Below the pieces are notes generated by a model. It had not been told where the DNA came from, searched no databases, and saw only the letters and a list, made by a program, of their open reading frames with translations. DNA of 64,000 bases from a virus. A program made the position numbers and the translations under genes. The stretch is taken from positions 113,536 to 177,535 of IMG/VR virus record IMGVR_UViG_3300047369_000650; one strand, 5' to 3'. Positions 61,984-64,000 of this stretch are shown here, piece by piece. Numbering within the stretch: the first letter of the stretch is position 1; each line of letters starts with the position of its first letter.

Positions 61984-62385
61984 ATGGAATTTACTTACTC
62001 AGATGATTGTTTCTCAGACCTTCATAAAGATGTTTATGGATTTCGTCCTCGTGGTGTTCTAATGGATGAGTGGAATGATCGTACTCCTCGCCAAAAACAA
62101 GAGCTATGGAACGCTCTTTGTGATCAGCTTGAGGAGAATACTGCTCGTGAAAAAAAGATTGAAGAAATAAAAGTTGATGAATTTAAAGAGCGTATTCATC
62201 AAGCCCAGACCTGGGGTGCTCACGATTACTGGGATGCTTTACGTTGGATTACAGGTTGTGAAACTTTTTATCACATCCAAGATGTAGAACATTTTGTTTG
62301 GGAGCAAGGCATATTGTTTACTAAGTATGGTAAACAGCTTGTCGAAGACCTTACTAAAGTAGTAGAATATAAGGAGTATGCATAA
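61984..62385 (+). CDS. Hypothetical early protein
   Basis: 133 aa; FSDLHKDVYGFRPRG motif. Confidence 0.75.
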   Translation: MEFTYSDDCFSDLHKDVYGFRPRGVLMDEWNDRTPRQKQELWNALCDQLEENTAREKKIEEIKVDEFKERIHQAQTWGAHDYWDALRWITGCETFYHIQDVEHFVWEQGILFTKYGKQLVEDLTKVVEYKEYA

Positions 62386-62461
62386 TGGGTACTGCAGTTG
62401 GTTGTGCAATTTTCTTTATTTTATTAATTTTATTTACAGCTATTATAGAAGGAGTTAAATA

Positions 62462-62605
62462 ATGTGGTATGTAGAAGGAATTTGGAATTGGAATACCGGT
62501 GAAAAAGAGCGGTATGAAGGATTAACAGAAGAACAGTCTCGTGCTGTTCACCAAACAATGTTTGCTTCTGGGTTTTCAATGATTCGTTCAGGAAAGATGA
62601 GCTAA
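62462..62605 (+). CDS. Small hypothetical protein (47 aa)
   Basis: AAGGAG RBS; MWYVEGIWNWNTGEKERYEGLTEEQSRAVH... Confidence 0.55.
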   Translation: MWYVEGIWNWNTGEKERYEGLTEEQSRAVHQTMFASGFSMIRSGKMS

Positions 62606-62865
62606 TGGGTATTGCAGTTAATTCTTCTAGGACAGATTCTTATATCGGAACATTTTCTAAAGAAAATAAAGATGATATGGAACAGTTAGATACTGTAAGA
62701 AAAATTGTATCCAACTTAAATAAAGATTTAAGAATTGCAGGTAAAGATTATCAGTTCTATGTTAAATGTCAAGGTCGTGGATCCAGACTAGGTAATCCTA
62801 AATATAATATGTGTCTTCCTCTTAGTGTCGCAGATAAAATGGATGCATACATCTATCGAAGATAA
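62605..62865 (+). CDS. Hypothetical protein
   Basis: 86 aa, TAATG coupling. Confidence 0.7.
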   Translation: MGIAVNSSRTDSYIGTFSKENKDDMEQLDTVRKIVSNLNKDLRIAGKDYQFYVKCQGRGSRLGNPKYNMCLPLSVADKMDAYIYRR

Positions 62866-62896
62866 AATTTCCTTTTGTTTTTTTGGCATAACTTAT

Positions 62897-62925
62897 ATGG
62901 AGGTGTATTTCACCTCCATTTTTTT
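62897..62925 (+). terminator. Intrinsic terminator
   Basis: ATGGAGGTG-TATTT-CACCTCCAT-TTTTT. Confidence 0.85.
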
Positions 62926-62926
62926 A

Positions 62927-62934
62927 TATAAATA
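62927..62934 (+). promoter_or_regulatory. T4-type late promoter
   Basis: TATAAATA immediately after the terminator. Confidence 0.75.
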
Positions 62935-62965
62935 GTATGGTAAAATATAATTGGTTGGAAATCTA

Positions 62966-63853
62966 ATGTCAAATGAACCCTCATTAAGCGATTTTTTTAA
63001 AGAGCTGGCTCTTGAAAAAGAAAAAGCTGAAGCAGAGAAAATAAGAATAGCTGAAGAAAAGGCTAATGAGCCTACATTTTCCGATTTCTTTAAACTTATT
63101 TCTGAAGAAAAAAATCAGAATATTAACTATGATGAAAAAAGATTAGAAGATGATTTAAAAGGTAAAGCTTTAGAAGTAGAGTTAACCGAGAAAGTTGAAA
63201 ATATAAATGAAAACGCATTAAATGAGGATCTACTTTCTAATTTTAAAAAGTTAAGTGAAGCTCAATCTCATAAAAGAAGCGTAAGTGAAGCTCAGCTTGG
63301 TCTATTTGGTGGCGATACAGAAGAAAATAACGACGATCCACTAACACCACTTAATCAAGAATTTGTTACACATGAAGATTTAGCAAAGCATTATAAAACA
63401 TTTATTCAAAGAGTGCAGCACCAAATGTCTACAATCGGCGGAGGTGGTGAAACTAAGCTAAGAAAATTAGATGATGTAGACCGTTCTTCAATAGCGGATA
63501 ATAAATATTTAAAATATGATGCAGCCTCTGGTAAATTTGTTTTTAGTTCAGTAACATCTTCTGCTCAAATAGCAACACATACTTATAATACAACTCTTGT
63601 TACAACTTCGACATACATAGCAACAGATGAAGATCACTATATTGGAGTAAACTATTCTGGATCTTGTACTATTACACTTCCTGTAGGAATAAGCAATGGA
63701 GAGATGCTGGTTATAAAAGATGAATCCGGATCTGCTAGTACAAATCCGATTGTTGTCTCTGGTAATGTAGACAATGATGCTGGCGGATTTACGCTTCAAA
63801 TAAATAACGGATCAATTTCACTCATTTATAGAAACGGATGGAGAATCATATGA
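62966..63853 (+). CDS. Putative virion structural/fibre protein
   Basis: Repeated (S/T)(L/F)SDFFK; STIGGGGETKLRKLDDVD; C-terminal YIGVNY...TITLP...GEMLVIKDESG fibre-tip-like domain. Confidence 0.65.
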   Translation: MSNEPSLSDFFKELALEKEKAEAEKIRIAEEKANEPTFSDFFKLISEEKNQNINYDEKRLEDDLKGKALEVELTEKVENINENALNEDLLSNFKKLSEAQSHKRSVSEAQLGLFGGDTEENNDDPLTPLNQEFVTHEDLAKHYKTFIQRVQHQMSTIGGGGETKLRKLDDVDRSSIADNKYLKYDAASGKFVFSSVTSSAQIATHTYNTTLVTTSTYIATDEDHYIGVNYSGSCTITLPVGISNGEMLVIKDESGSASTNPIVVSGNVDNDAGGFTLQINNGSISLIYRNGWRII

Positions 63854-64000
63854 GTTATCTTTTTATCAATAATCAAGAAATTAAAAATGATTCTGGTAAT
63901 CCTATTCCAATCACCGGTACTGTAACTAATACCGGAGGTGATATTGCAGTTTCAAACTTCCCAGTAACTCAAACAGTAGATGGTACGGTCGCATTAGATG
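63850..64000 (+). CDS. Partial ORF, probable structural protein
   Basis: ATGA coupling; MSYLFINNQEIKNDSGNPIPITGTVTN... runs off the window. Confidence 0.55.
   Translation, partial: MSYLFINNQEIKNDSGNPIPITGTVTNTGGDIAVSNFPVTQTVDGTVALD

Noticed and set aside
1092-63799. Many 60-165 aa alternative-frame and antisense ORFs in the supplied track (e.g. 1092-, 6758+, 9990-, 43329-, 48541-)
   Set aside because: They lie wholly within well-supported genes, lack RBSs, and have shadow-frame composition.
1-64000. Stop-codon reassignment
   Set aside because: Core genes are full length under the standard code and end in TAA, TAG or TGA at expected positions.

Overview
A 64-kb AT-rich segment of a large T4-like myovirus, probably marine. 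The host is inferred to be an alphaproteobacterium, possibly Rhodobacterales-like, from the permuted tmRNA, DUF1127 proteins, pseudoazurin, aa3 oxidase subunit IV-like gene, BMP protein and porin. It carries a gp37/gp38-like fibre and adhesin pair, the head genes gp21-gp23, gp3, uvsY/uvsW, gp55, gp47/46, gp45/44/62, regA, gp43, uvsX, gp41 and thyX. Accessory content is dense: a compact PEP carboxykinase, hsp20 with a ROSE-like leader, a small respiratory/periplasmic cluster, and a sugar-nucleotide/glycosyltransferase block containing a DenA-like nuclease and an AEP-type primase. There is also a circularly permuted tmRNA whose intervening loop holds its own 50-codon ORF, a seven-gene secreted module with pilin-like and chaperone-like members, IscA/ErpA and a PiT-like transporter. 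Three promoter classes are visible: seven repeated early cassettes (GCATTTTAGGGGTTTACA-N17-TATRTT ... AGAATCGGA), plain sigma70-type promoters, and T4 late TATAAATA boxes. All family calls come from motif recognition by eye; no database searches were run.
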